Virus record (IMG/VR): IMGVR_UViG_2936984999_000007
Length of the DNA stretch: 64,000 bases
Source: a virus
Direction: 5' to 3' (one strand)
The notes under the pieces were generated by a model. That model had not been told where the DNA came from and did no database searches. It worked only from the letters and a program-made list of their open reading frames with translations. Both the position numbers and the translations under genes were made by a program. Positions 53,501-63,642 of this stretch are shown in pieces; position 1 is the stretch's first letter; every line of letters starts with the position of its first letter.

Positions 53501-56450
53501 GATGAAATCCGGGATTTCCTCTACGATCTCCGGCATTAAGACTACCATTACGAATGGCTTTAACAGTGCAGTCTCATTTATCAAGGGTCTGGCTGGACAG
53601 GCATTCTCGTGGGGCTCTGACATGATCGGCAACATTGTGTCCGGTATCCAGTCGAGGATTCAGGATGTGGCAAGTGCCGTATCGGGAGTGGCGGACCGTA
53701 TCCGTTCCTTCCTGCACTTCTCCGTGCCGGACGAAGGACCGTTGGCGGATATGGAAAGCTGGATGCCGGACTTCATGCAGGGACTGGCAAACGGTATCAC
53801 GACCAACACCAGCCTTGTAACTGCGGCGGCAGAGAACCTGTCCACCACGCTGTCTACCTCCATCACCAACTCCATGAGGGGAGTGGAGCAGGCATACAGT
53901 AAGAGCTGGGCAGCCATCAGCCAGACGGTAAGAACCGGAACGGCAGGTGTGAGTGCCGCGATGAGATCCGCATGGAGTTCCATTACGGCCAGTACCACAA
54001 GCACATGGAACAGCATCAAGACCACCACCCAGACCAGCTTTGCGGCGGTGAAGACCAATGTGACCTCTGCGACGGCAGCAGTGAAAACGTCAATGACCAG
54101 TGCTTGGAATGCGGTGAAGTCGCTGACAATGACCAGCTGGAACGGAATCAAGAGCGTTATTACTACAGCATGGAATGGGATCAAGTCACTGACCACCTCG
54201 GCGACCGCTTCTGTCAAAACGTCAATGACCAGCGCGTGGAATGCGGTGAAAACTCTGACGAATACCAGTTGGAATGGTATCAAAACAGTCATCACGACAG
54301 CGTGGAGCAGTATCAAGTCTCTTACAACTTCCTCTGTATCCGCAGTTCGCAGTACGGTCACAAGCGGCTGGAACACACTGAAATCCACCACGACCTCTGC
54401 TTTCAACAGCATCAAGTCCACGGTGTCTTCGGCAATGTCCGGCCTGCGCAGCACGGTTTCTTCCGGTGTTGCAAGTATCAGGAGCAGCTTTAACTCGCTC
54501 GGTTCGATTGCTTCTTCGGCATACCGCTGGGGCGCAGATATCTGTTCCCAGATGGCGGCAGGTGTCCGGGCAGCAGCCGGTTCCGTGATCGCAGCGGCAG
54601 AAAATGTCGCAAGCAGGGTCAGAAGTCTGCTGCATTTCTCTGTGCCGGACGAAGGACCTCTGTCCGACGCAGATACCTATATGCCCGACTTCATGAAGCT
54701 GCTGGCGACCGGCATTAAGAAAAATGTCAAGTCGGTGGTGAAAGCCGTGCAGGGACTTGCCGGGTCTATGAGCAGCAACCTGACAACCCCAGTAGATTCT
54801 CTGGGCGACTGGATGGATTCCGTGGTCGGCAGTTTTGCTACCACGATCAAGAAAAGCCAGAGCGGTATCGGCAGTGCTGCAAGGGATGTGGGCAGCGGTA
54901 TCCAGACCCAGCTGATGTCCGGGCTTTCCGGTGTGAAGACACAGTTCCAGCAGCTCTGGACTGACCTGCAGGGCATCACCAAAACTGCAGTCGGCAGTAT
55001 GAGCGATGAAGTGAAGCAGGGCTTTACGGATATGAAGGATTCCATTGGAGAGCTGAGTTCACAGACCAGTTCTCTTGGGAATGCGATCCGCAGCCTTGGC
55101 GATACCTTCAACTCGGATTTTCTAAAGAGCCTGGGCAACGGCATCAACAAAGTCGGTGACACGGTCAATACGGTCACCGGTCTTGTGGACAAGCTCGGCT
55201 CCATGAAGAACACCATCGGAAATCTCGGAAGTACGTTGCAGAACCTCGGTAATGTCCTTGGCTCCGAAAACGGAGGCGGTCTGCTGTCCAACCTCGGCAG
55301 TTTCCTGTCGAAGATCGGCAGCGCAGATGGCGGTCAGATCGTGTCGAACTTTGGCAACCTGATCTCCGGGCTGACCTCCAAAATGGGTGGTCTGGGAGAG
55401 GGAATCTCCGGCATCATCTCGAAGCTGGGAAGCCTTGGTTCCAGCGGTGGGGGAATCCTGTCGAAGCTGGGCGGGCTGCTTTCCGGCGTAGTGTCGAAAA
55501 TCGGCGGCTTAGGCGGCAGTCTTTCCGGCATCGTATCGTCTATCGGTTCTTCGCTGGGCGGTATTGCCGGGACAGTCGGGACAACGCTTTCCGGTCTGCT
55601 CGGTTCTGTGGGTACGACCGTATCTGGTTTGGCGGCAGGTGCGGGTACGGCTCTTGCAGGCGTAGCAAGCTCCGCAGGTGGTTTCCTCGCATCCGCAGGC
55701 ACAGCACTTGCTGGTCTGGCGGGTCCTGCAGGTATCGCAGTGGCAGCAGTTGGCGGCATCGGTCTTGGACTGACCGCTCTCTGGAAAAACTGCGATGGCT
55801 TCCGGGAGGAAGTCACAAATATTTGGAACAAGGTTACTTCGGTGTTTTCCAAGGGCGTGTCGGCCATCAAGAACGGTATCTCCAATGCAGCATCTGCTAT
55901 TGGCAATGTGGCATCGTCCATCTGGGGCGGTATCAAGAATGTGGCTTCCTCGGCAGTCAGCTGGGGCAAGGACATCGTTGGCGGTATCGCAGGAGGTATC
56001 AAGAAGGGCGTGGGCTGGGTCGGCAGTGCAGTCAAGAGTGTGGCAAGGGGCATCCGCTCGTTCCTGCACTTTTCGGTGCCGGACGAGGGTCCGTTGTCTG
56101 ATGCAGACACCTATATGCCGGATTTCATGAAGCTGCTGACTGGCGGCATCAAGAAAGGCGAGGGTGGACTGATCAGCCAGATCAAGTCGATGGCAGCAAA
56201 GGTACAGCAGGGAATTGAGGGCATCAGTTCCTTCAGCCTGCCGGAACTGACCCTGCCGCACTTCGATGGCTCTGGCTGGAACTTCCCGCAGGCAGCTCTG
56301 GCCGGAGGCGGTACCACCCGGACGACCAACCTTGGCGGCGTATATATCACGGTCAATGGCTATAACGCCCGGAACGATGATGAACTGGCACAGACTGTTG
56401 CCGATAAGATCAACGGCATGATCCACGAGGATGATTCAGTCTTCAAGTAA
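50541..56450 (+). CDS. tail tape measure protein (TP901-family core), ~1969 aa
   Basis: RBS AAGGAGGTGG. TMP core SASEAASAMEYMAMAGWKTGD. Long 11-residue-periodic Thr/Ser/Trp repeat tracts and three copies of a ~30 aa RSFLHFSVPDEGPL ... MPDFM motif. Confidence 0.85.
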   Translation: MASRIQGITVEIGGDTTKLSKALEGVNKSIKGTQSGLKDVNKLLKLDPSNTELVVQKQKMLKDAIQATKEKLATLKTAAQQANEQLANGEITQQQYDALQREIVETEQNLRSLQDQAATTNATLAKIDEAGEKLQNIGSSVENVGKKFLPVTAAVTGLGTAAVKTAADFDSEMSKVSAISGATGDDFDQLRAKAREMGAKTKFSASEAASAMEYMAMAGWKTGDMLNGIEGIMNLAAASGEDLATTSDIVTDALTAFGLSAADSGHFADILAAASSNANTNVSMMGETFKYCAPIAGALGFSAEDTAEAIGLMANSGIKASQAGTSLRTIMNNLSGEVTFVGKNIGEVTIATSNADGSMRSLNDILADCRVAFSGLSESEKAANAEALVGKNAMSGFLALMNSSETDINKLRGAIENCDGASESMAETMQDNLNGQLTILKSQLEELAISFGDILMPTIRKIVSAVQQFVDKLNSMDESTRETIIKIGLLAASIGPLLIVLGKTISTVGTAMRGFSSLAKGVRLLITHVGSASGVFSKLGVVLGGLSGPVVAVVAVIGTLVAAFMNLWNTNEEFRAAITGIWNDIVSKVKGFCDQLTQRINGLGFDFKDVTEVLKAVWDGFCQVLAPLFEGAFQNISTILGVVLDTLLGLFDVFSNVFSGNWSGAWEAAKGIFSSIWDGVKSVFSTTLTALKSALDVFLGLFGTDWQTVWGSIKNFFEIVWSGISSFFSNTVSAIQSVATTVFTAVSSFFTTVLTSIQTTFSTIWTAISTAVSSVLNTIHTTVTTVWTAISTAISTVMNTISTTITSVWNGIYNTMKPLLDAFKYLFETIWQAIQILIGAALTAIQTKITSIWNAIVAFVTPILTGLQTTFSTVWSAIQTAISTVLTAIQTAVTTVWNAIVSFLSPLLTGIQTRMSTAWNAIKTVISTVLSAIQSKVSSIWSAISSKISGVVNSIKSVVSSGWNAMKSTVSSLSNSIKSAATTAFNSMKSGISSTISGIKTTITNGFNSAVSFIKGLAGQAFSWGSDMIGNIVSGIQSRIQDVASAVSGVADRIRSFLHFSVPDEGPLADMESWMPDFMQGLANGITTNTSLVTAAAENLSTTLSTSITNSMRGVEQAYSKSWAAISQTVRTGTAGVSAAMRSAWSSITASTTSTWNSIKTTTQTSFAAVKTNVTSATAAVKTSMTSAWNAVKSLTMTSWNGIKSVITTAWNGIKSLTTSATASVKTSMTSAWNAVKTLTNTSWNGIKTVITTAWSSIKSLTTSSVSAVRSTVTSGWNTLKSTTTSAFNSIKSTVSSAMSGLRSTVSSGVASIRSSFNSLGSIASSAYRWGADICSQMAAGVRAAAGSVIAAAENVASRVRSLLHFSVPDEGPLSDADTYMPDFMKLLATGIKKNVKSVVKAVQGLAGSMSSNLTTPVDSLGDWMDSVVGSFATTIKKSQSGIGSAARDVGSGIQTQLMSGLSGVKTQFQQLWTDLQGITKTAVGSMSDEVKQGFTDMKDSIGELSSQTSSLGNAIRSLGDTFNSDFLKSLGNGINKVGDTVNTVTGLVDKLGSMKNTIGNLGSTLQNLGNVLGSENGGGLLSNLGSFLSKIGSADGGQIVSNFGNLISGLTSKMGGLGEGISGIISKLGSLGSSGGGILSKLGGLLSGVVSKIGGLGGSLSGIVSSIGSSLGGIAGTVGTTLSGLLGSVGTTVSGLAAGAGTALAGVASSAGGFLASAGTALAGLAGPAGIAVAAVGGIGLGLTALWKNCDGFREEVTNIWNKVTSVFSKGVSAIKNGISNAASAIGNVASSIWGGIKNVASSAVSWGKDIVGGIAGGIKKGVGWVGSAVKSVARGIRSFLHFSVPDEGPLSDADTYMPDFMKLLTGGIKKGEGGLISQIKSMAAKVQQGIEGISSFSLPELTLPHFDGSGWNFPQAALAGGGTTRTTNLGGVYITVNGYNARNDDELAQTVADKINGMIHEDDSVFK
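52590..53590 (+). repeat. 33 bp (11 aa) periodic repeats within the TMP gene (a second tract lies near 53990-54490)
   Basis: Reiterated TxxxTxxWxAI units in the translation. Confidence 0.5.
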
Positions 56451-56458
56451 AGGAGGAG

Positions 56459-57241
56459 ATGCGTATGGGCTATAACACCCCAAAGCAGACAGTATCACAG
56501 TTTCAGCTCAAAGGCAGATACGCCAGACAGTATCTGTCCTTTGCCGGGAAGTCCAGCAAAGACTTCCTTTTATATTTGTCTGGCCCCGGTGTGTATGATT
56601 CCCCGGCTGCGGATGTGGAGAGTACCTCCGTACCCGGCAGGAACGGGGACATCATCACCGAGAATGCAAGGACAGGAAGGCGCAGATATCAGAACGTGGA
56701 TATCAAGTATAAGGCATTTTTTTTCAATGGTCTGCCAGCCAAGACAGCAGCGGTCAAGGCATGGCTGTTATCTCCGATCGGGTATCAGAAATTGCAGGAC
56801 ACTTACGATCCGGATTTTTTCCGGATGGCAGTCTGCAAGGATGCCCTGGAATTTGATATCACCGCCCAGAAAGCCGCTGAGATGGAACTGACCTTCAATT
56901 GTAAGCCCCAGCGTTGGAGCGTGGACGGGCAGAGGAGCATTCGATTGGAAAGCAGGTCAACTCTAAAGAATCCCTTTGCTTTTCCGGCACAGCCCATCTT
57001 CAAGGTCTACGGAGACAGCAGCGGCGAACTGTATGTGGGTGAGGAGAAGATCACCATCCACAGCATCAAGGACTACGTGCTGCTCAACTGTGAAACGCAC
57101 AACGCTTACAACGCTTCCGGCTTCTGCAATGAGACCATTCTTTCGGATGATTTCCCGGAACTGCCGGAGGGAAAGACACAGATCACATGGACAGGCGGTA
57201 TCACGGCGGTGGAGGTGGCTCCACGCTGGTGGACACTGTAA
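56459..57241 (+). CDS. distal tail protein (Dit)
   Basis: Position after the TMP; ~260 aa siphovirus Dit size. Confidence 0.65.
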   Translation: MRMGYNTPKQTVSQFQLKGRYARQYLSFAGKSSKDFLLYLSGPGVYDSPAADVESTSVPGRNGDIITENARTGRRRYQNVDIKYKAFFFNGLPAKTAAVKAWLLSPIGYQKLQDTYDPDFFRMAVCKDALEFDITAQKAAEMELTFNCKPQRWSVDGQRSIRLESRSTLKNPFAFPAQPIFKVYGDSSGELYVGEEKITIHSIKDYVLLNCETHNAYNASGFCNETILSDDFPELPEGKTQITWTGGITAVEVAPRWWTL

Positions 57242-57257
57242 GAGGGAGGTGCAGCCA

Positions 57258-59252
57258 GTGATCCCATGTTTATATGATTCCAGAGAAATGAAATTTGACC
57301 ATAACGGCATCGGAAAGCTGGCAGATGCACAGTCCTGTACCGTGACAGAAAAGAGAAACGGAAGCTACGAGCTGAAGCTCATCTGTCCGGCAGATGGCAT
57401 TCATGCGGAAATGTTGGAGGAAGGGAATATCATCCTTGCCAAGCCATCCGATACCATGCAGTCTCAGCCGTTCCGCATCTACAAGATCACGACCCCGATC
57501 GATGGAAAACTGGAAGTGCAGGCACGGCATATTTCCTACCAGCTCAATTTTATCACGGTATCACCGTTTTCGGTGGTCGGATGTGTCGGGGCAATGCAGG
57601 GGCTGAAAAGCCATGCGGCTTCTGACTGTCCCTTTGAGGTTTGGACGGATGTGGAATCCAGCGCGACTTTTACGCTTGGGGTTCCATCTTCCTTCCGAAA
57701 CTGCCTTGGAGGTATGGCCGGGTCAGTCCTGGATGTTTTTGGCGGTGAATTTGAGTGGGACCGGTACACGGTCAAGTTCCATAAGGCCAGAGGTGCCGAC
57801 CATAACGTCCACATCATCTACGGTAAGAACCTGACGGATTTCAAGATGGAAAAGTCCATCGAGAACACGATTACAGGGGTGCATCCGTACTGGGTAGACA
57901 ACGAAACGCAGGCAGTCATGGAGCTACCGGAGAAGGTGGTGTTGCAAAGCAAACGGTCGATCCCCTACCAGAAGATCACCGTGCTGGATTGTACTAGCAA
58001 TTTTCAGGAAAAGCCGAGTGAAGCGGCACTTCGGGAATACGCACAGAACTATATCGACACCACGGACTTAACGGAGCCGGAAATCGACATCAAGATCGAC
58101 TTTTTACAGCTCTGGAATACGCCGGGGTATGAGGACATCGTGGAAGCAGAGCGTGTCTCCCTTTGCGATATGGTCCATGTGTTTATCTCAAAGCTGGGTA
58201 TCGAAGTTAGTTCCAAAGTCACCGAGACCGAGTATGATGCGCTGCTGGAACGTTATAACAGCATCACATTGTCGAACTCCACGGTCAGCAGCCGGAATTC
58301 CTCTCTGACAGGTTCTCTTAACAGTATCCGAAATACAGCTGTTATTGCCTACGACACTGCCGTCCGTGCGGAGACTGCAGTTGGGGAGCAGGTCGGTGGA
58401 ATCACAGCGTCTATCATTTATGACGGTGCGCTTTTTGCTGCGCTATTTGGTCTTCATTATAAGAATGAGACAGATAGCAAAGGCAATACAATCCGGTATG
58501 CTTTTAATGCTGTATCCCTGAAACAGTCAACAGTTGCGTGGAAGAACAGCCCTGCTGGATTATTTGTATCCACAGATGGTGGTAAAACTTGGGGCTATGG
58601 ATGGGAATCCGATGACACAGCAGTAAAAACAGCAATCCTGTTGGAACAGACCCTCAAGGAGTTAGATGACCGCTATAAGAAAGCTACGGAGCTTTCCGAG
58701 GAACTGCTGAAAGAACTGGATGATCGGTATAAGACGGCAACAGCGCTTTCTTCCGAACTCCAAGAGCAGCTGGATCAGCGGTATGAAACTGCAAAGAAGT
58801 TATCCAAAGAACTGTCTGAGGAATTGGACAGACGGTATGGAAATGTCACGACACTCTCGGAAGCACTGCAAAAGGAATTGGATGAGAGATACAGCGTGGC
58901 AAAGAAGCTGTCGGAAGATGTCGAAAAAGAGCTGGATAAAAAGTATCAGCCGAGTATCCCGGTATCGGAAACCGCACCAGAGGAGCCGGGGAACGATGCA
59001 TTGTGGGTCGATAAGAAGAATCTGCGGCTGAAGCTGTGGGATGGAGAAAACTGGCGAATTGTTGGATATGAGCCAGAAGACCCAAAAGATCCAGAGAAAC
59101 CAGTAGAACCAGAAGGACCGGACAACACCGGGCAGGGAGGAGGCGAAAGCGATGGCAGTAAGGAGGAAACAGATAGTGGAAACACAGACACAGGAAGCAC
59201 AGGAGATGGCAGCGACAACAGCGAAACCAGTCCGGATCTTTCAGGAGATTGA
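57258..59252 (+). CDS. tail-associated lysin / tail endopeptidase-like protein (Tal) with a C-terminal coiled-coil repeat array and a Pro/Asp/Gly-rich tail
   Basis: GTG start with RBS AGAGGGAGG. N-terminal Tal domain. Six 15 aa repeats LKELDDRYKxAxxLSEE at 58660-58950. Confidence 0.65.
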   Translation: MIPCLYDSREMKFDHNGIGKLADAQSCTVTEKRNGSYELKLICPADGIHAEMLEEGNIILAKPSDTMQSQPFRIYKITTPIDGKLEVQARHISYQLNFITVSPFSVVGCVGAMQGLKSHAASDCPFEVWTDVESSATFTLGVPSSFRNCLGGMAGSVLDVFGGEFEWDRYTVKFHKARGADHNVHIIYGKNLTDFKMEKSIENTITGVHPYWVDNETQAVMELPEKVVLQSKRSIPYQKITVLDCTSNFQEKPSEAALREYAQNYIDTTDLTEPEIDIKIDFLQLWNTPGYEDIVEAERVSLCDMVHVFISKLGIEVSSKVTETEYDALLERYNSITLSNSTVSSRNSSLTGSLNSIRNTAVIAYDTAVRAETAVGEQVGGITASIIYDGALFAALFGLHYKNETDSKGNTIRYAFNAVSLKQSTVAWKNSPAGLFVSTDGGKTWGYGWESDDTAVKTAILLEQTLKELDDRYKKATELSEELLKELDDRYKTATALSSELQEQLDQRYETAKKLSKELSEELDRRYGNVTTLSEALQKELDERYSVAKKLSEDVEKELDKKYQPSIPVSETAPEEPGNDALWVDKKNLRLKLWDGENWRIVGYEPEDPKDPEKPVEPEGPDNTGQGGGESDGSKEETDSGNTDTGSTGDGSDNSETSPDLSGD

Positions 59253-59913
59253 ACTGTCCTTCACGGAAAATCTGATCCCGGTGCAGATTCCGGTCAAACA
59301 GTTTGACAATCAGGCGCGAAAAGTCAGATGCCGACTATATCAGAATTCGGTGGAATATGTTGTGCAGGAAGGTATCATCGTCAGCTATTCGGGTACAAGG
59401 CCAGATGGAGCGGTGTTCCAGTATTCCAGCGAATCCAGACCGGAGCTTGTGTTTGTGGATTCCGGTACGATCATTCTGACCGTCACTTCTTTTATGACGG
59501 AAGTGTATGGCCGTTTTCCAATTGACATTTACCTTCTTTCTGATGATGGGGATGTACTGGGAATGTTCAACCTGACCCTGAACGTGGCACGGGCGGCAAT
59601 CACGAACCGGAAGATTGCAACGCTGACCTATAAGCAGTGCGTGGATGCAACGGTGGCGGGCATTCAGGGATTCTATATTTCTGAGGACGGATACCTTGTC
59701 ATGGAATCGGACGATGAACTTGGGCTGATGAAGGGCTCTTATTCCAGTACGATGGAAAAGGTGGCAGCAGATGTGTATGACAAGATGGTCAACAGCTCCA
59801 TTGACGGAAACGGCTATCTGAATTTTCAGTCCTGGGATGATCTGGGGCTGGTGTTTTCTTTGGATGAAGAATCACAGCTGGTCGTCCAGTATGGAGAAGA
59901 AAAAGAACAATGA
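59206..59913 (+). CDS. tail/baseplate structural protein (alternative start 59152)
   Basis: ORF overlapping the Tal 3' end; position before the fibre gene. Confidence 0.4.
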   Translation: MAATTAKPVRIFQEIELSFTENLIPVQIPVKQFDNQARKVRCRLYQNSVEYVVQEGIIVSYSGTRPDGAVFQYSSESRPELVFVDSGTIILTVTSFMTEVYGRFPIDIYLLSDDGDVLGMFNLTLNVARAAITNRKIATLTYKQCVDATVAGIQGFYISEDGYLVMESDDELGLMKGSYSSTMEKVAADVYDKMVNSSIDGNGYLNFQSWDDLGLVFSLDEESQLVVQYGEEKEQ

Positions 59914-59942
59914 TACCGGAAATCCGGTAGGAAGGAGATACA

Positions 59943-62900
59943 ATGGGAGAATTTCTTGGAAAGAGAGTCATTCCCCGGCATGAGGGAGACTGGGAGAAGG
60001 CGAGAAGTTATGAACCGCTGATGATCGTCCTTGACCCGGAAACGGGGGATGGTTATATCAGCCGGTATGATGTTCCCGCCGGTACGCTGCTCACAAACGA
60101 GCACTACTGGGCAAGGTGCAGCCATTTCAATGCTCAGATGCACCGTCTGGAAACAGATGTGGCAGAAGATGTGGAAGGAATGCACACAGATCTTGCTAAT
60201 ACGAAGTCTGCGATGAGTGAGGAACTTTCGCAGACCCATCAGAAAATGGCAGAGGAACTCTCAGAAACAGAGAACCGGATGGGTGAAAAGGTAACTGCTG
60301 CAACGTCTGCCATGAAAGACACACAGAACAGCATGGATGCGGCAGTTGCCCAGATGAATAAACGTCTGGATGCAAATGTGACGGCATCCACGGACAGCAA
60401 GGCGGACTATGCCGCAGAATTGGTGGATACCAGAGTGGACAGCGAAGGAACTACCTATCCGAGTGCCGGGGAAGCCATCCGCAGCATTACGGCAGGTTTG
60501 GCAAGAAAAATCGTTCCGGCAGAAATGGGAACTGCATACCGAAATGAGAATACTGTTCAGAATAGTATGGAAGGTGCAGCTGTTCACTGCTTGGTTCATC
60601 ATGTTTCTGGCTACACGGGAACCTTTCTTGGCTTCTTCAGTTCCTATGAAGAGTGCAAAGAAAAGTCGTTCCGGGTCGTTATTCTAAGCAACAAGGTGCC
60701 GTATGAAGGACAGGCTATCATTACAAATTCTCCGAATGCATGGGGCAGCGACAATGGAAAGGTTGGCTGTGTAGCTCTCGGTGCTGTAAAGCTGAATGAG
60801 GAAAACGGCTATCTGGCAGCGTTTGATCTGGATTTTTCCGAAAGCCGCTGGGAAGAATTTGTGACGAAGTACACGGCATCCAGAAAACTCTATTTCTGTA
60901 TCCGCAGGGAAAAAGCTGCTGCACAGGACAGTGAGTTTTATGTGTATGCGTATGAAACAACAGATGTCAAGGATTTTGGCTGGAAATATGTTTCTGAGCA
61001 TGACTGTCTGCGGATTCTGGAGCAGGAAATCATCAATGCCAGAGCCGGAGAGGCATCCCTGTCACAGCTTTTGCGGGCGCACGAGGCAATCCTGAAAGAG
61101 GTGACGGACTGCCACTCGGATTCTTCTGGTATCCTTTATGAAAACCTGTCCGACCGCTTAAAGCTGCTCGATGCGATGGCGGCTCCCAGACTTCCGGTAA
61201 GTTCTTATTTTGCACCGAGGGACAATACAAACGGAGAACTGAAAACCGGTGCGATGGGAGTATCCGCAGTGGGAGAGAACGTGCAGTTTAAGTTTGACCA
61301 TACGGCCTATGTGACTGAGTACGAACAGACCGCCTGGTCTTCGGTGCATTTTGCATTCTGTATTTCCTATGAGCAGATGATGAAGCTGAAGGGGCTAGAT
61401 CGCCTGTACCTGGAACTGTTCTTTGAAGGCGTGGGCGAGAAAGGAAATAAGGAGCAGACCGGAAAAGTGCTGAATCCCCGGTTCTATGTGAATAGTGTGG
61501 GAAACTGGGCATCTTCGGTCAATCCCTCTGTCGTGGTTCCGATCACGGTCGGCTCTAAGGTGTTCTATCATCTGGAGCAGGAGATGGTGGAGAAGGTTCT
61601 GGAAAAGGAAAGACCGCTGTATATCGTTTTTGCCGGAAGTTTCATGGACAACGCAGTTGTCAAGGATCTGGGACAGGTCTGCCTGACCGTTTCTATTGTG
61701 AATCAGCGTTCCTCCGGCATTCTGACTCCGTTTATCAGCTATGCGGACAGTGCAGAAACGGCGGCATTTGCCAATGAAGCAGGCAAAGCTATTCAGGCAG
61801 AAAATGCTTCGTATGCAGAAAACGCTGACTATGCAGGCAGCGCAGGGAGTGCCGTCATTGCAGATAACTTCTTCCTCGTCCCGGCGGAGGAACTGCTGAA
61901 TCATCCGGGAGTGCGTTATTCGTTTGGGCTGGATACGCTGGCGTACCCGGAGAAGTATCCATATGCCTACCGTTTTGGATTCCAGAGTACCGGCAACCGG
62001 GCAAGTGCAAAGATCAGTGGTACAGGTTTTGACCAGGTGGTCGAGTTTAGCATCGGTCTGAGCAAAGAATCCGATCAGCCGCATAACCAAGGATATGCCA
62101 AGCAGCTGAGCGGCATGATGTCCTTTGACGAGATGCTCCGGAAGTTTGAAGAAGGCTACCAGTATTGTTATCTCTGTGAGATCGAGGAATTCGAGAACTG
62201 TCCGGAAGGTGTTCAGGGTGGTGCGTATGATAACCGGCTGTTGATTGCCTATTATCTGGATGGCAAGTTCACGAATCCAATCAATGTTTCACCAGTGCTG
62301 AAGCGTATCATTTACGGAAACCGAAAGATGTATGTCTGGCGGTTTGCTTTTACGCAGGAAATACTGGAAGCAATCCAAGTACAGAAAGAAGCAGGAACAT
62401 TCAGTGCCAGCTGGTTTGGCATCTGGAACACCCGGAAGTATTCCGGAGAGGAGCATGTTGTATGGACTCCGAAATGGTATTGGCAGGATTATGCTTTTGC
62501 GGATGACAGTTTTTCCAATGAAGATATGGCAACCTTCTTCCAGAGTAAATACACCTACTGGTGTTCCTATGTGAACCACGGAAAGCTGAAAGAACGCTTT
62601 GCAGAGGTGGATGCTTCGTTGGAACAGCTGAAATCCGGTGCGGAGAAGGCAGAAGAAAGACTGAATGGGCAGGAAGCACGAATAAAAAATCTGGAGAAAC
62701 CGACTGTGCTGACGGGTATTGTCTGTTGGGGCGATTCTCTTACCGCAGGAGGTGGATGGACGTCCACTCTTCAGAAACTGTCCGGGATTCCGGTCTACAA
62801 CGGCGGTACCGGTGGCGAGAATGCCAGAACGATTGCTGCCCGTCAGGGAGCTGATGTGATGCTGGTCAATAATATCACGATCCCGGCCACCTGTGAGCCG

Positions 62901-63593
62901 GTAACTATCGCCGTGCGGAAAACGGATTCTGGTATCTTGACAGAGGAAGGCTATAAGGTGACGCCACTTTTGCAGGGCGGAGCCCATGTCAATCCAGTCA
63001 AGATCGGCGAGGTGGAAGGTACGCTCCGTTGGACTGGCACGAACTATGCGGATACCAACGGCATCTGGACGTTTACACGTTCTGTCGCTGGTGAAGCAGT
63101 CACAATCAAGCGTCCGACTGCGGTCCGTACTGCATTTGACCGGCTGCACAATCAGCCTTCTGAAGTGATGATTCTTTTTATTGGTCAGAATGGTGGCTAT
63201 GCAGACCTTACAGATCTGATTCGGATGCACCAGCAGATGATCAGCCACTTCAAAGGAAAGGAATATCTGGTGCTGGGCCTTTCGACTGGCACGGAAAGCC
63301 AGCGTGCAGAATATGAAAAGCAGATGAAGCAGGCGTTTGGCAGACGTTTCGTCAGTCTCAGAGAGTATCTGGCGCATCCGGTGTATGACACGGATGGCAA
63401 GACGGTCATCAGCTGCTATGGTCTGGACGATGCAGGCCTTGATCCCACGGATGCGGACATCGAGCGTATCAAACAGGGACAGGTTCCGCAGACACTGCTG
63501 GCGGATTCCGTTCATTACACAGCTGCAACCAAGACGGTCATCGGAACTATGCTGTATAAGAAGATGATCGAACTTGGAATTTTGGAACAGTAA
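59943..63593 (+). CDS. receptor-binding tail fibre with a C-terminal SGNH (GDSL) esterase domain
   Basis: RBS GGAAGGAGATACA. SGNH blocks GDSLTAGGGW, NGGTGGEN, GQNGGYAD, DSVHYT. Confidence 0.7.
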   Translation: MGEFLGKRVIPRHEGDWEKARSYEPLMIVLDPETGDGYISRYDVPAGTLLTNEHYWARCSHFNAQMHRLETDVAEDVEGMHTDLANTKSAMSEELSQTHQKMAEELSETENRMGEKVTAATSAMKDTQNSMDAAVAQMNKRLDANVTASTDSKADYAAELVDTRVDSEGTTYPSAGEAIRSITAGLARKIVPAEMGTAYRNENTVQNSMEGAAVHCLVHHVSGYTGTFLGFFSSYEECKEKSFRVVILSNKVPYEGQAIITNSPNAWGSDNGKVGCVALGAVKLNEENGYLAAFDLDFSESRWEEFVTKYTASRKLYFCIRREKAAAQDSEFYVYAYETTDVKDFGWKYVSEHDCLRILEQEIINARAGEASLSQLLRAHEAILKEVTDCHSDSSGILYENLSDRLKLLDAMAAPRLPVSSYFAPRDNTNGELKTGAMGVSAVGENVQFKFDHTAYVTEYEQTAWSSVHFAFCISYEQMMKLKGLDRLYLELFFEGVGEKGNKEQTGKVLNPRFYVNSVGNWASSVNPSVVVPITVGSKVFYHLEQEMVEKVLEKERPLYIVFAGSFMDNAVVKDLGQVCLTVSIVNQRSSGILTPFISYADSAETAAFANEAGKAIQAENASYAENADYAGSAGSAVIADNFFLVPAEELLNHPGVRYSFGLDTLAYPEKYPYAYRFGFQSTGNRASAKISGTGFDQVVEFSIGLSKESDQPHNQGYAKQLSGMMSFDEMLRKFEEGYQYCYLCEIEEFENCPEGVQGGAYDNRLLIAYYLDGKFTNPINVSPVLKRIIYGNRKMYVWRFAFTQEILEAIQVQKEAGTFSASWFGIWNTRKYSGEEHVVWTPKWYWQDYAFADDSFSNEDMATFFQSKYTYWCSYVNHGKLKERFAEVDASLEQLKSGAEKAEERLNGQEARIKNLEKPTVLTGIVCWGDSLTAGGGWTSTLQKLSGIPVYNGGTGGENARTIAARQGADVMLVNNITIPATCEPVTIAVRKTDSGILTEEGYKVTPLLQGGAHVNPVKIGEVEGTLRWTGTNYADTNGIWTFTRSVAGEAVTIKRPTAVRTAFDRLHNQPSEVMILFIGQNGGYADLTDLIRMHQQMISHFKGKEYLVLGLSTGTESQRAEYEKQMKQAFGRRFVSLREYLAHPVYDTDGKTVISCYGLDDAGLDPTDADIERIKQGQVPQTLLADSVHYTAATKTVIGTMLYKKMIELGILEQ

Positions 63594-63642
63594 GAGAAAG
63601 GACACTAAAATGAAGAAAAAGCGGTATATCGAAAAAATGTTC

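Noticed and set aside
59152-59205. Upstream start (59152) for the tail protein overlapping Tal by ~100 nt
   Set aside because: Kept as an alternative only. The 59206 start avoids a long overlap with the Tal C-terminus, but the RBS evidence is ambiguous.
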